Shown in pieces: positions 37,078 to 46,040 of a stretch of 64,000 nt of DNA. Within the stretch, counting starts at the first letter, position 1. Every line of letters begins with the position of its first letter. A program made the translations under genes and the position numbers. The DNA comes from Polyangiales bacterium (GTDB taxonomy: Bacteria; Myxococcota_A; Polyangia; Polyangiales; Houyiibacteriaceae), in NCBI GenBank assembly GCA_045106895.1, contig JBGCFM010000157.1, positions 4,151-68,150 of the forward strand. Direction: 5' to 3'. The notes beneath the pieces were generated by a model, which saw only the letters and a program-made list of their open reading frames with translations, was not told the origin of the DNA and searched no databases.

Positions 37078-37524
37078 ATGGCTCTCGCGGACTACCTAAG
37101 CGAAGCTCGAATCGTCGTCCTGGCCAACGCGCCGGACAAGAGCGCGGCGATTCAGCGCGCGGCTTCCCTCTTGGCACACGAGACGGAGCTTGATGAGGCT
37201 TCGGTGCTGCGTGTGCTGCTCGAACGTGAAGCGCTTGCCACCACGGGCGTCGGAAGCGGCGTCGCCATGCCGCACGGCCGAATGAACGTTCCGGAGATCC
37301 GCGCCGCGTTGCTCATCGTCCCTGGAGGTCTCGCCTTCGACGCCATCGATGGACGTGACGTACAGCTTGTCCTTGGACTCCTCGCGCCGGCGGACCAGCC
37401 CACGCAGCTCCTGCGCGTTCTCGCGGACTCCTCTCGCGCACTCCGCCATGCCCACACGCGCGAGCGGCTAATCGGCTGTTCCGACGCCGGGCAGGCGATG
37501 CGGGTTCTCGAAGAAATCGTTTAG
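37078..37524 (+). CDS. ptsN: PTS EIIA (Ntr-type)
   Basis: REALATTGVGSGVAMPHG, FDAIDG; rpoN-cluster context. Confidence 0.85.
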   Translation: MALADYLSEARIVVLANAPDKSAAIQRAASLLAHETELDEASVLRVLLEREALATTGVGSGVAMPHGRMNVPEIRAALLIVPGGLAFDAIDGRDVQLVLGLLAPADQPTQLLRVLADSSRALRHAHTRERLIGCSDAGQAMRVLEEIV

Positions 37525-38325
37525 GGCGGCGGGGCCTTCAACGCGAGGAACCACGGCGTGACGAGCGTTCGTGTGGACTCTTCTGACTCTCGCGCCGACG
37601 CCCTCACGTTCCGCCATTCGAGCGAGGCGGCGGCTCTGTCGGCCCGTGGAGCCTCCCGTGTAAAACGTGACGAGGACCCGCTCGTCGTCGGCGTGTGCCC
37701 ATTCGAAGAAGTCGGGGGCCTTCGCGTAGAGCGCGTCCATCAGGAATATCGCGTCGATGGGGATATCGCTCTGCGCCCAGGACAGGGCGGTCTCGAACCC
37801 CGCCGAGTGCGGCATGAGCGCGACGGAGCGCGGCGTGTCGAGGCGGAGAGAAACAAGCGCGTCCTCAAGCCAGCCTCGCGTGTACTCCGCGTCTCCAAAA
37901 CGCCCCGCGTCTCCGTCACGGCGACGAAACGCGAGCTGTGGCATGAGAATCACTCGCTGCGGGGCGCTCAAGACCGCGCCAAGGTTCCAGCCTGCTCGAG
38001 GCTCACGACCCTCAACGCAGGGCTGCTCTCCTTCGCGCATGAGCACATTAACGCAGCCGCTCCAGCCATGAAGGAAGACCACGAGGTCGTAAGGCTCTTC
38101 CCGGTCGAAGGCTGCCGGAAAGTGCGCGAGAGCTGCGGGGGCACCATCGGGCAAGGTATGTGAGGGCTCCGCCACGTCGATCACCACGATGCTCTCCGGT
38201 GAGGGGGCCGGTGGGGGCGGCGGCTCTGGCGTCTGAACCACGGGGGTGGGCGTTTCAGACGCAGGGGGCGGCGTGCTGCAGGCGACGAGGGCGAGCACAA
38301 ATCCAATGGAGCCAGGGCGCGTCAT
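37468..38325 (-). CDS. Putative alpha/beta-hydrolase lipoprotein
   Basis: Lipobox LVAC; VVFLHGW; nucleophile-elbow-like PHSAG; LMDALY. The 3' end overlaps ptsN by about 57 nt. Confidence 0.65.
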   Translation of the reverse strand: MTRPGSIGFVLALVACSTPPPASETPTPVVQTPEPPPPPAPSPESIVVIDVAEPSHTLPDGAPAALAHFPAAFDREEPYDLVVFLHGWSGCVNVLMREGEQPCVEGREPRAGWNLGAVLSAPQRVILMPQLAFRRRDGDAGRFGDAEYTRGWLEDALVSLRLDTPRSVALMPHSAGFETALSWAQSDIPIDAIFLMDALYAKAPDFFEWAHADDERVLVTFYTGGSTGRQSRRLARMAEREGVGARVRRVHTNARHAVVPRVEGPAALNDFFENPHRLPGVGTAD

Positions 38326-38343
38326 CGCTGGTACTGTCCCTCC

Positions 38344-38598
38344 ATGGCAAGTGTTGAAGAATTTGAAGCAGCGGTGAAGTCTGTCAAAGGACTGAGCAAG
38401 GCACCCGACAATAGCAGCCTCTTGGAACTCTATGCGTTCTACAAGCAGGCGACGGCTGGAGACGTCAGCGGCAAGCGTCCCGGAATGCTCGACGTGAAAG
38501 GTCGGGCGAAGCACGACGCGTGGAGCAAGGTCAAAGGACTGAGCGCTGAGGATGCGCGAAGCAAGTACGCCGCAAAGGTGAAGTCGCTGGGCGCTTAG
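38344..38598 (+). CDS. Acyl-CoA-binding protein (ACBP)
   Basis: LELYAFYKQATAGD..RPGMLDVKGRAKHDAW..KG...A...Y: ACBP signature. Confidence 0.92.
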   Translation: MASVEEFEAAVKSVKGLSKAPDNSSLLELYAFYKQATAGDVSGKRPGMLDVKGRAKHDAWSKVKGLSAEDARSKYAAKVKSLGA

Positions 38599-38601
38599 CG
38601 C

Positions 38602-39573
38602 GTGGACCACACGCGAAATCAATCGCACCCGCCGGAAGTTCGCACGACGGTGAAGGCGCTCCTCGACGACTCCAGCGTCGGCGAGATGGTGCGCCTTGTC
38701 GCCGGCGCCGTGTCGCTTGATCGCGAGATCAGGCACCCGCGGATTCAAAAGTCAGGGCTCGCGTGGGTCGGTCACTACCACGGCATCATCGGTGAGCGCG
38801 TTCAGATATTGGGCGAGACGGAAATCGCCTACTTGGAGTCGCTGGACGAAGCGAAGCTCGAGCAGCGTTGCCGCGAGTTCTTCGGACTGCGACTTAGTCT
38901 CCTCGTCGTGACGCGTGGTGTGGAGCCGCCGCCTGCGCTCCTCGCCGAAGCTCGGCGGAGCGAGACCCCGGTCGTCATCGCTGGGCCTCGCTCCAGTCAG
39001 ACCATCGCGACGATCCACGACGTTCTCGACCGCCTTCTGGCGCCGAGCGAAACGCGACACGGGGTCCTCGTAGAGGTTCACGGAATTGGAATGCTCCTTG
39101 TCGGCGAGAGTGGAATCGGTAAGAGCGAGTGCGCGCTCTCGCTTCTCGACCGTGGCCATCGGTTCATCGCCGACGACCGTGTCGTGCTCCTGCGAACTCC
39201 GTGGGGCGCCCTTGTTGGGAGCGCGCCGGCTCCGCTGCGGCATCACCTCGAGGTTCGCGGCGTCGGAATTCTCAACGTACGCGACCTGTTCGGCTCGACC
39301 TCGGTTCGGGACGACAAACGTATCGGACTCGTCGTCGAACTCATCACCTGGAATGCGGATACAGAAGTAGAACGCCTCGGACTTGATGATGCGGAAGAGC
39401 AGATTCTGGGTATCGCGATCCCGCGGCTGACGGTCCCAGTGCAGCCTGGTCGAAACATGGCGGTCATCTTGGAGGTCGCGGCGCGCAACCAACTCCTTAA
39501 GCGGAGCGGTAAACACGCGGCGCGAGACTTCATCGCGGCTCTTTCCGCGAGCGCGGGCCTTTCCAAGAACTAG
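38602..39573 (+). CDS. hprK: HPr kinase/phosphorylase
   Basis: HGVLVEV, GESGIGKSE, HRFIADD, LEVRGVGI, PGRNMAVILEVAARN. Confidence 0.96.
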   Translation: MDHTRNQSHPPEVRTTVKALLDDSSVGEMVRLVAGAVSLDREIRHPRIQKSGLAWVGHYHGIIGERVQILGETEIAYLESLDEAKLEQRCREFFGLRLSLLVVTRGVEPPPALLAEARRSETPVVIAGPRSSQTIATIHDVLDRLLAPSETRHGVLVEVHGIGMLLVGESGIGKSECALSLLDRGHRFIADDRVVLLRTPWGALVGSAPAPLRHHLEVRGVGILNVRDLFGSTSVRDDKRIGLVVELITWNADTEVERLGLDDAEEQILGIAIPRLTVPVQPGRNMAVILEVAARNQLLKRSGKHAARDFIAALSASAGLSKN

Positions 39574-39747
39574 CGCCCTGAGTCCTCCCTCAGCTCAAAA
39601 ATGCACCACAGTTCATCGCTTCGCGGACAGCAAAATCGAAGCACTCTGACCAAATGTGGCCGCAGTTGTGAGATGGGCTCTAACCCCGTGTTCGATACTT
39701 TGGCATGAGCGGTATTCGTCGCTCGCGCTTTTGACTATGATGCCGCC

Positions 39748-40608
39748 ATGCACATCGTTGTTGTCACCGGGATGAGCGGAGCGGGGCGCTCCACCGCGCT
39801 TCATGTACTCGAGGACGTTGGGTACTACTGCGTCGATAATCTCCCACCTTCACTCGCGCCGGAGCTTGTTGCACTCGCAGCCCGCGAGGGCGAAATGGAC
39901 AAAGTTGGCCTCGGCGTCGACGTCCGGAACGGCGCTTTCCTCGAGGGGGCTGAGGTCGCGATGGGGGCTCTGCGGGAGGCTGGACACTCCGTCGAAATCC
40001 TCTTTCTCGACGCGGCCGATGACATCCTCGTTCGCCGCTATAGCGAGACCCGGCGGCCTCATCCGTTGGCTCCGGCCGGAGATCTCCTCGGCGGGATTCA
40101 GGGAGAGCGTACACGCCTCGCGCCTCTGCGCGCCGAGGCTGCCCGCGTCATCGACACCACTCGGCTCTCGGTTCACGACCTGAAGCGCACGCTCCTCGAT
40201 CACCTGACGGGTGGCGGAAAACAACGTGACATGGTCGTTCGGATCATCAGCTTTGGCTTCAAGTACGGCTTGCCCGTTGAAGCCGACCTGGTGTTTGACC
40301 TTCGGTATTTGCCGAACCCGCATTTCGTGGACGAGCTGCGGCCGAAGACGGGGTTGGATGCCGACGTGTCGAACTACGTTCTCGAGCGACCTGAGGCGGA
40401 AGAGCTGTTGACGGACCTCGGTCAGTTCTTCGGGCACACGCTTCCGCGATACGAGCGCGAAGGGAAGGCGTATCTCACCATCGCCATCGGGTGCACCGGC
40501 GGTCGTCATCGCTCCGTCGCCGTGACGGAAGAGCTCGGAAAGCGGATTGGGTCGGGTCGGGAAGTGCATCTGCACCACCGTGATGTGAAGCGTAAGAAGC
40601 CCCGCTAG
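39748..40608 (+). CDS. rapZ: RNase adapter / P-loop protein RapZ (YvcJ)
   Basis: TGMSGAGRS, CVDNLP, SFGFKYG, GCTGGRHRSV. Confidence 0.95.
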   Translation: MHIVVVTGMSGAGRSTALHVLEDVGYYCVDNLPPSLAPELVALAAREGEMDKVGLGVDVRNGAFLEGAEVAMGALREAGHSVEILFLDAADDILVRRYSETRRPHPLAPAGDLLGGIQGERTRLAPLRAEAARVIDTTRLSVHDLKRTLLDHLTGGGKQRDMVVRIISFGFKYGLPVEADLVFDLRYLPNPHFVDELRPKTGLDADVSNYVLERPEAEELLTDLGQFFGHTLPRYEREGKAYLTIAIGCTGGRHRSVAVTEELGKRIGSGREVHLHHRDVKRKKPR

Positions 40609-40639
40609 TAGATGCGACGATTCACTGAGACGGGGCCAC

Positions 40640-40933
40640 GTGGACGACAAAGCAGAGGAAAACACAGCGAGGGGGGCGTTTGAGATCGTCAACCGGCTCG
40701 GCCTGCACGCCCGCGCGGCGGCAAAGCTGGTCCGTCTCGCAGGGCGCTTTCATTCGAAAGTCGAAGTCGCCAAAGATGGACAGCACGCTGACGCGAAGAG
40801 CGTGATGGGCGTGCTCCTTCTGTGCGGAGTCCCAGGGGCGACGCTCGAGGTGAGCGCCCGCGGGCAAGACGCGCAAGCGGCCGTCGATGCTATCGGGGAG
40901 CTGATTCAAGACCGTTTCGGGGAAGACTCATGA
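40640..40933 (+). CDS. ptsH: Phosphocarrier HPr/NPr
   Basis: NRLGLHARAA (His15), DAKSVMGV (Ser46). Confidence 0.94.
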   Translation: MDDKAEENTARGAFEIVNRLGLHARAAAKLVRLAGRFHSKVEVAKDGQHADAKSVMGVLLLCGVPGATLEVSARGQDAQAAVDAIGELIQDRFGEDS

Positions 40934-42678
40934 CACGAGCCTTCGCTGGAATCATCGCGTCCACGGGCACAGCGAGCGCGCCCGTTCATATGCGACAAGC
41001 GGTGGAACATGTCGTCCGGCGCTCCGTGACGAACGCTGCTGCGGAACAAACACGTCTTCGCTCCGCCATTGAGCGCTCGCGCCGCGAACTCGAAGCCGCC
41101 GCGGTGGACCTTCGCAAGTCTGGCTCGGAGGCAGCCCTCGTGTTCGACGCGCACCTCCTCATGCATGGAGACGCGATGCTGGTGGACGCGGCTCTGGCGC
41201 TCATCGAGGAGGACAAGGTCTGCGCCGAGTGGGCCGTGCGCGCCACGGTGCGAACCATCAAAGCGCCCCTCGAGTCATCGTCGAGTGCTTACTTGCGCGA
41301 GCGCGCCACGGACATCGAGCAGGTTGGAAATCACATCGTGCGTGAGCTTCGAGGCGAACGCTCTCCACAGCCGACGACGCGCTGCGTGGTGGTCGCCGAT
41401 GAGCTCTCACCAGCCTTCGCGATGGAGCTCATGGCGAACAAGAGCGACAAGCATGTCGTCGGGGTCGTCACCGAAGGAGGCAGCGCGTCCTCTCATACGG
41501 CCATCTTAGCGGCAGCGCTCGGTGTCCCGGCGCTCGTGGGTGTGAGCGGCATAACGAAGGCCACGCGGCACGGGCAGGAGGTGCTCGTCGACGCGTTGCG
41601 GGGACAAGTCGTCATCGAGCCGAGCGTGCAAGAGAAGAGCGAGGCGCTGGAGCGTCGTCGTGCGCACCAGCTCTTCAGTGATGCCCTCTTTGCGCGCATC
41701 GGAGAGCCCGCCCGGACGCTCGACGGCGTGGACGTCAGCGTCGCCGCGAACATTGAGCTCCCCGAGGAAGCCAGCGCTGCTGCGGAGAGTGGAGCGGCCG
41801 GCGTTGGGCTCTACCGCACGGAGTTCTTGTTCCTGGCGCGTGACACGTTGCCAAGCGAGGAAGAGCAGTTCCTCGCCTATCGATCGGTTCTCGCGGGAGC
41901 CGACGCGCGGGTCGTATTTCGCGCTCTGGACATCGGCGGCGACAAGCTCCCGCGCTCAGAGCGGCTTCAAGTCGGGCCGAATCCGGCGCTCGGGCTGCGC
42001 TCCATTCGCCTTCTTCTCCGCCGACCGAAGCTTCTCCGCACGCAGGTGCGAGGGATTCTTCGCGCGGCAACGCTTGGTCCAGCGTCGCTCATGTTTCCTC
42101 TCGTCACGAGCGTCGAAGACCTTCAGGCCGCCAAAGCCCTGGTGGCCTCTTTTCGCGAAGAGCTAGAGGCCGAAGGCGTGCGCTGCGGTCCACTGCCCAT
42201 CGGCGCGATGGTGGAGGTCCCGGCGGCGGCCCTTCAAGTAAGCGCGCTCTGCGCAGAGGCCGCATTTCTGTCCGTGGGCACGAACGACTTGGTTCAGTAC
42301 ACCCTCGCCGCGGACCGTGGCAATCCAGACATGGCGAAGAGCGCGAGCGCCCTTCACCCCGCCGTGATTCGGCTTCTCGCGCTGGTCGCGGAGGAGTCCA
42401 CTGTACCCGTCTCCGTGTGCGGGGAAATGGCCGGCGACCCTTTGGCCATGCCTCTGCTTCTGGGACTCGGCTACCGCAGCCTCTCCGTGCCTCCACTTCG
42501 CGTTCCCCTCGTCGCTGAGGTCGTTCGCCGCAGTGAGATGAGCGTGCTTGAGCGAATCGCCACCGAGTGCCGAGCCGCAGCGACGACGGAGGGGGTACGC
42601 GCGCATCTCCGTGGACAACTCCGTGCCAGCCTCGGCGAACTCTGGTCGGGCGCGAACCTTCTTTCCGGAAACGACTAG
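40930..42678 (+). CDS. ptsI: PTS enzyme I (PEP-protein phosphotransferase), no GAF domain
   Basis: SHTAILA, GVGLYRTEF, DIGGDK, NPALGLR, SVGTNDLVQY, CGEMAGD; ATGA overlap with ptsH. Confidence 0.95.
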   Translation: MTRAFAGIIASTGTASAPVHMRQAVEHVVRRSVTNAAAEQTRLRSAIERSRRELEAAAVDLRKSGSEAALVFDAHLLMHGDAMLVDAALALIEEDKVCAEWAVRATVRTIKAPLESSSSAYLRERATDIEQVGNHIVRELRGERSPQPTTRCVVVADELSPAFAMELMANKSDKHVVGVVTEGGSASSHTAILAAALGVPALVGVSGITKATRHGQEVLVDALRGQVVIEPSVQEKSEALERRRAHQLFSDALFARIGEPARTLDGVDVSVAANIELPEEASAAAESGAAGVGLYRTEFLFLARDTLPSEEEQFLAYRSVLAGADARVVFRALDIGGDKLPRSERLQVGPNPALGLRSIRLLLRRPKLLRTQVRGILRAATLGPASLMFPLVTSVEDLQAAKALVASFREELEAEGVRCGPLPIGAMVEVPAAALQVSALCAEAAFLSVGTNDLVQYTLAADRGNPDMAKSASALHPAVIRLLALVAEESTVPVSVCGEMAGDPLAMPLLLGLGYRSLSVPPLRVPLVAEVVRRSEMSVLERIATECRAAATTEGVRAHLRGQLRASLGELWSGANLLSGND

Positions 42679-43208
42679 TTCGAAACACCGATGGTTGGCG
42701 GTGCCACGGTCTCGCCAATTCCGCCTCGCGAGAGCGCCTCTTCGCGCAGGTTCGGCAGGGTGTTGGTATTCGGAAAACCGACATGGCGACCAACCTCGAG
42801 ACCACGGGCGTCGAGCATGATCAGCGTTGGAACGACATCGATGGAGCCTAGAGGACTCGTCCCTTGATGAACGTTTTGTTCGGGATCGTAGGTCATCGGG
42901 AAGGGCGGCTCGAGCGCATGCTCGTACGCATCGATGAGCGCCGCCGCGTCAGGTTGCGCAGCCACACCGAGGACGTGTACGTCTTCGTGGGCTCGTGCAA
43001 AACGGGAGACGGGGCGAAGAGCGGCTTGGCTTACGCCGTCCCAAGTGGCGAAAACAAAGAGCAGGAGCGGTTGTCCGCGGAGGTCACCGATGTGAATCCA
43101 GTCGCCATCGGGGGTGCGAAGGGTCATCTCCAACGCTCGCTCTTCTTGGGCGGGATTCGACGTCCCCACGGAGCCCATGCCGCCTCCACAAGCGGCAAGC
43201 AAGAGCAC
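42675..43208 (-). CDS. TlpA-like thioredoxin-fold lipoprotein lacking CXXC (true start may be upstream)
   Basis: DLRGQPLLLFVFATWDGVS aligns with TlpA DxxGKxxLxxFWASWCxxC; VPTLIMLDARG; lipobox LAAC. Confidence 0.7.
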   Translation of the reverse strand: MLLLAACGGGMGSVGTSNPAQEERALEMTLRTPDGDWIHIGDLRGQPLLLFVFATWDGVSQAALRPVSRFARAHEDVHVLGVAAQPDAAALIDAYEHALEPPFPMTYDPEQNVHQGTSPLGSIDVVPTLIMLDARGLEVGRHVGFPNTNTLPNLREEALSRGGIGETVAPPTIGVSN

Positions 43209-43227
43209 CAGAGCGGAGAGCAGCCGG

Positions 43228-43851
43228 CTAGCTCTTTTGGCCGACGAAGTGATCGGCTTTGTCCTTGAAGAGGGCGTTGAACGTGGTCAGCGAGCCGTAG
43301 CAGCCCGTCACGTACTGCTGTAGCTGCACTTTTTCGTCGGCGCTGAGCTTCTTGTTGCTGTTGATCTTGGACTCGAGCACGCGAAGCTTGTCGCGTACTT
43401 GAACGATTTTTCGGAAGAAGATGTCCACGGGGATGCTCTTCTCTGCGGTGCCTTCGCGACCCGGCTTAATGGTCAGTTCGCCGCCGGCCCAACGGTCGCC
43501 GATTTTCGTATCGCGAACGCCGAGTTCGTCGAGGAGGACCTCGCGAAGCACCTGTCGAAATTCATCCTGGTCCATGTCTATTCCGATCTCCGAAGGAATG
43601 GTCGGCCGCACCTCCACGCTCTCGCTCGCGTCACGACGAGGCCGAGGCGAGCCTGCGGCGCGCTTGCGTTTGAGTGAGCCTGAAAATGATTCGCCAATAC
43701 GCTTGTAGCTAGAGCACGTGGATGTGTCTTTGAGCGGCGATGGCCAGCAGCCAAGGCGACAGTCGCCCGTCGCCGCGCCGTCTTCGTCGCGCCGTAGACT
43801 GACGAAGAAGCCACACGTTCCACAGCGTCCGTCCAGATCACGCTCGCTCAT
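43228..43851 (-). CDS. Hypothetical protein with Cys-rich N-terminal module and helical C-terminal domain
   Basis: CGTC..C..C..C; FFRKIVQVRDKLRVLE..QQYVTGCYGSLTTFN. Confidence 0.72.
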   Translation of the reverse strand: MSERDLDGRCGTCGFFVSLRRDEDGAATGDCRLGCWPSPLKDTSTCSSYKRIGESFSGSLKRKRAAGSPRPRRDASESVEVRPTIPSEIGIDMDQDEFRQVLREVLLDELGVRDTKIGDRWAGGELTIKPGREGTAEKSIPVDIFFRKIVQVRDKLRVLESKINSNKKLSADEKVQLQQYVTGCYGSLTTFNALFKDKADHFVGQKS

Positions 43852-43886
43852 CGCATCACTCGCATCGGGGGGGACCATAGCACGCA

Positions 43887-45149
43887 CTACTTCGAGCGTC
43901 GCCGCCGTCGACGCCACCACCAGAAGCCGAGGCCGAAGGCCAATACAGCGCCTGCGCCGGCGGCCCACCAGAGCATTTCGCGCGGATTTATCGGGGCTTC
44001 TTCGGTGGAGATGGGGCCACTCGAGCCTCCCCCGGCGCACCGCCAGGCTTCGCCTTGGTGGAACGCGCAGTCTTCGATGTGGCTTCCGTCCGGCTGGATG
44101 ACGGCGATTTGGACTTCGTCTCCAACGAGGTCGACGCGGAGGTAGTGATAGGCCGGGACGAAGGCGAGCTGACCTTCGATTCGGTTGTTTGGGTAGTAGA
44201 GAGGTGCGCCGCCGCCTCCGCTGACGATGTACTTGTAGCCGTCGCGGTCGCCGCGCTCATACATGTGATCGTGACCGGAGAACACGAGGTCGACCCCCGC
44301 GTCACGCAACATCTCCACGACGCCATTTTCCTGCATGCCTTCATGGCCGCCGTGGGGGCCACTGCTCAGCGGGGCGTGGTGGAGAACGACAAAGGTGAAG
44401 CGAGCATCGGTGTCTTGGGCGAGGGTCTCCCGAAGCCAAGCGAGCTGCGGTGACGCTGCGTCCCATTCCTCGTTGGAGTCGAGGGCAATGACGCGAACGG
44501 GCCCGTAGTTCGACGTGTAGTAGGCCGCGTTGCGAAGCGGCGGCCGAAAGTGCCGCGCGTAGTTGTTCGCGCCGCCGGGGCCGTAGAGTTCGTGGTTTCC
44601 CAGCGAAGGAAAGAGCGGATGATGCCGAAGGAATTCGCGAGCGATGTCGAAGTACGCATCCCAGTCACGAGGACGGCCTCCCATCTCGACCATGTCACCG
44701 GTGTGCAGCAGAAAACGAACGCCTTCTTCTTGCTCCATCACTTCAACCACGGCGCGATGAACCTCGTGCTGCGTGCGATTGTCTCCGTACACCAAGAACG
44801 AAAGGTCGCTCTCGACGGGGGGCGCGGTTCGAAAGGAACCGGACTGCGCTAGGGACCCGCTCACAACCTCCACTTGGTAGGTCGTGTCGGGCTCCAGTCC
44901 ACGGAACATGGCGTTGCCGATGGAGCGACCATCTCGTCGCCACGGCCGGGTCTCGATGGTCTGGGTCAGGTCATCGCCCAGGCGAATGGTCAACGACGTC
45001 GGGGACTCGCTCTCCACCATCACCCGCGCCTCGGTTTGACTGACCTCGAGGAAGTAGGGGCCTTTGCTGATGGCGACATCCGCATCCGCGTGACTGGCCC
45101 ACCCGAGGCAGGCTAGGGCAACGCATCCGAGCAGCGCGAACCGGTTCAT
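43887..45149 (-). CDS. Purple acid phosphatase-type metallophosphoesterase with FN3-like N-domain and C-terminal membrane anchor
   Basis: YGD, HTGD, GNHE, LHH, SGHDH motifs; signal peptide; TM helix plus RRRRRR tail. Confidence 0.88.
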   Translation of the reverse strand: MNRFALLGCVALACLGWASHADADVAISKGPYFLEVSQTEARVMVESESPTSLTIRLGDDLTQTIETRPWRRDGRSIGNAMFRGLEPDTTYQVEVVSGSLAQSGSFRTAPPVESDLSFLVYGDNRTQHEVHRAVVEVMEQEEGVRFLLHTGDMVEMGGRPRDWDAYFDIAREFLRHHPLFPSLGNHELYGPGGANNYARHFRPPLRNAAYYTSNYGPVRVIALDSNEEWDAASPQLAWLRETLAQDTDARFTFVVLHHAPLSSGPHGGHEGMQENGVVEMLRDAGVDLVFSGHDHMYERGDRDGYKYIVSGGGGAPLYYPNNRIEGQLAFVPAYHYLRVDLVGDEVQIAVIQPDGSHIEDCAFHQGEAWRCAGGGSSGPISTEEAPINPREMLWWAAGAGAVLAFGLGFWWWRRRRRRSK

Positions 45150-45215
45150 GCGCAGTGCTTAACACACTTTGGCTGCATCTTCCGCGACGGGGCCGCGCCT
45201 GAGCTATAGAAGAGT

Positions 45216-46040
45216 ATGCGCACCCTAAAGAAGCGCCTCGATAAGCTCGTGGCGAGCACGGACGGCGCGTCCCGTCGTGAGGCGGACCCCGTGGCCTTCG
45301 TTCATCGATATGACGACCCGCGGGACCAGGAGCTTGTCGGTCTCCTCGCGGCGTCCCTCGCCTTCGGCAACATCAAGGCGGTGCAGCGCAGCGTATCTCG
45401 GGTCTTGGAGGTCCTTGGTGAACGTCCCAGTGAGGGCGCCGCGATGGGCCGAGATCGCCTTCGGCGGCGACTACGCGGATTTGTGCACCGCGTCTACAAG
45501 GGGCCGGACGTGGCGGCGCTCATGCACAACGCCGCCAGGCTCCAGGAAGAACATGGGAGTCTCGGTGAGTTTTTTGCGACCTCCCTCGAAGAGCAAGGTG
45601 CGCTTCGGCCCGCGCTCTCCCTCTTCGCGGCGGAGCTTCGTGGCGCGCGGGCCGGTCGAGGGCTCCGGCATCTGGTGCCGAATCCCGAGGCAGGGAGCGC
45701 GTGCAAGCGCCTCTTGCTCTATCTCCGTTGGATGGTGCGGCCTGCGGACGGCGTCGACCTCGGTCTGTGGCCTCTGGCGCCTTCGGTGCTCTTGATCCCC
45801 GTCGACACCCATGTGCTTCGCATTGCTCGCAACCTACGGCTCACGGATCGCAAAGATGCCAGCTGGAGAACGTCGGAAGAGATCACGGAAACGCTGCGCC
45901 TCTTCGACCCCACCGACCCCGTGAAATACGACTTCGCGATCTGTCACCTCGGGGTTTCCAGCGCCTGTCCGTCTCAGCGGGACACAACCAACTGCGCGTC
46001 CTGTGTGTTGAAGCCGGTGTGCCGTCACTGGGAGCTCTAG
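45216..46040 (+). CDS. TIGR02757/DUF2400 family protein with C-terminal Cys cluster
   Basis: SACKRLLLYLRWMVR, IPVDTHV, DPVKYDFA; C-terminal CPSQRDTTNCASCVLKPVC. Confidence 0.88.
   Translation: MRTLKKRLDKLVASTDGASRREADPVAFVHRYDDPRDQELVGLLAASLAFGNIKAVQRSVSRVLEVLGERPSEGAAMGRDRLRRRLRGFVHRVYKGPDVAALMHNAARLQEEHGSLGEFFATSLEEQGALRPALSLFAAELRGARAGRGLRHLVPNPEAGSACKRLLLYLRWMVRPADGVDLGLWPLAPSVLLIPVDTHVLRIARNLRLTDRKDASWRTSEEITETLRLFDPTDPVKYDFAICHLGVSSACPSQRDTTNCASCVLKPVCRHWEL

Noticed and set aside
37468-38748. 426-aa minus ORF as listed in the track
   Set aside because: The first 140 codons overlap ACBP and hprK antisense; the real start is ATG 38325, which gives a lipoprotein signal.
39700-39716. TGGCATG upstream of rapZ as a sigma54 promoter
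   Set aside because: No GC at the -12 position; a leaderless sigma70-type TATGAT explains the gene start better.
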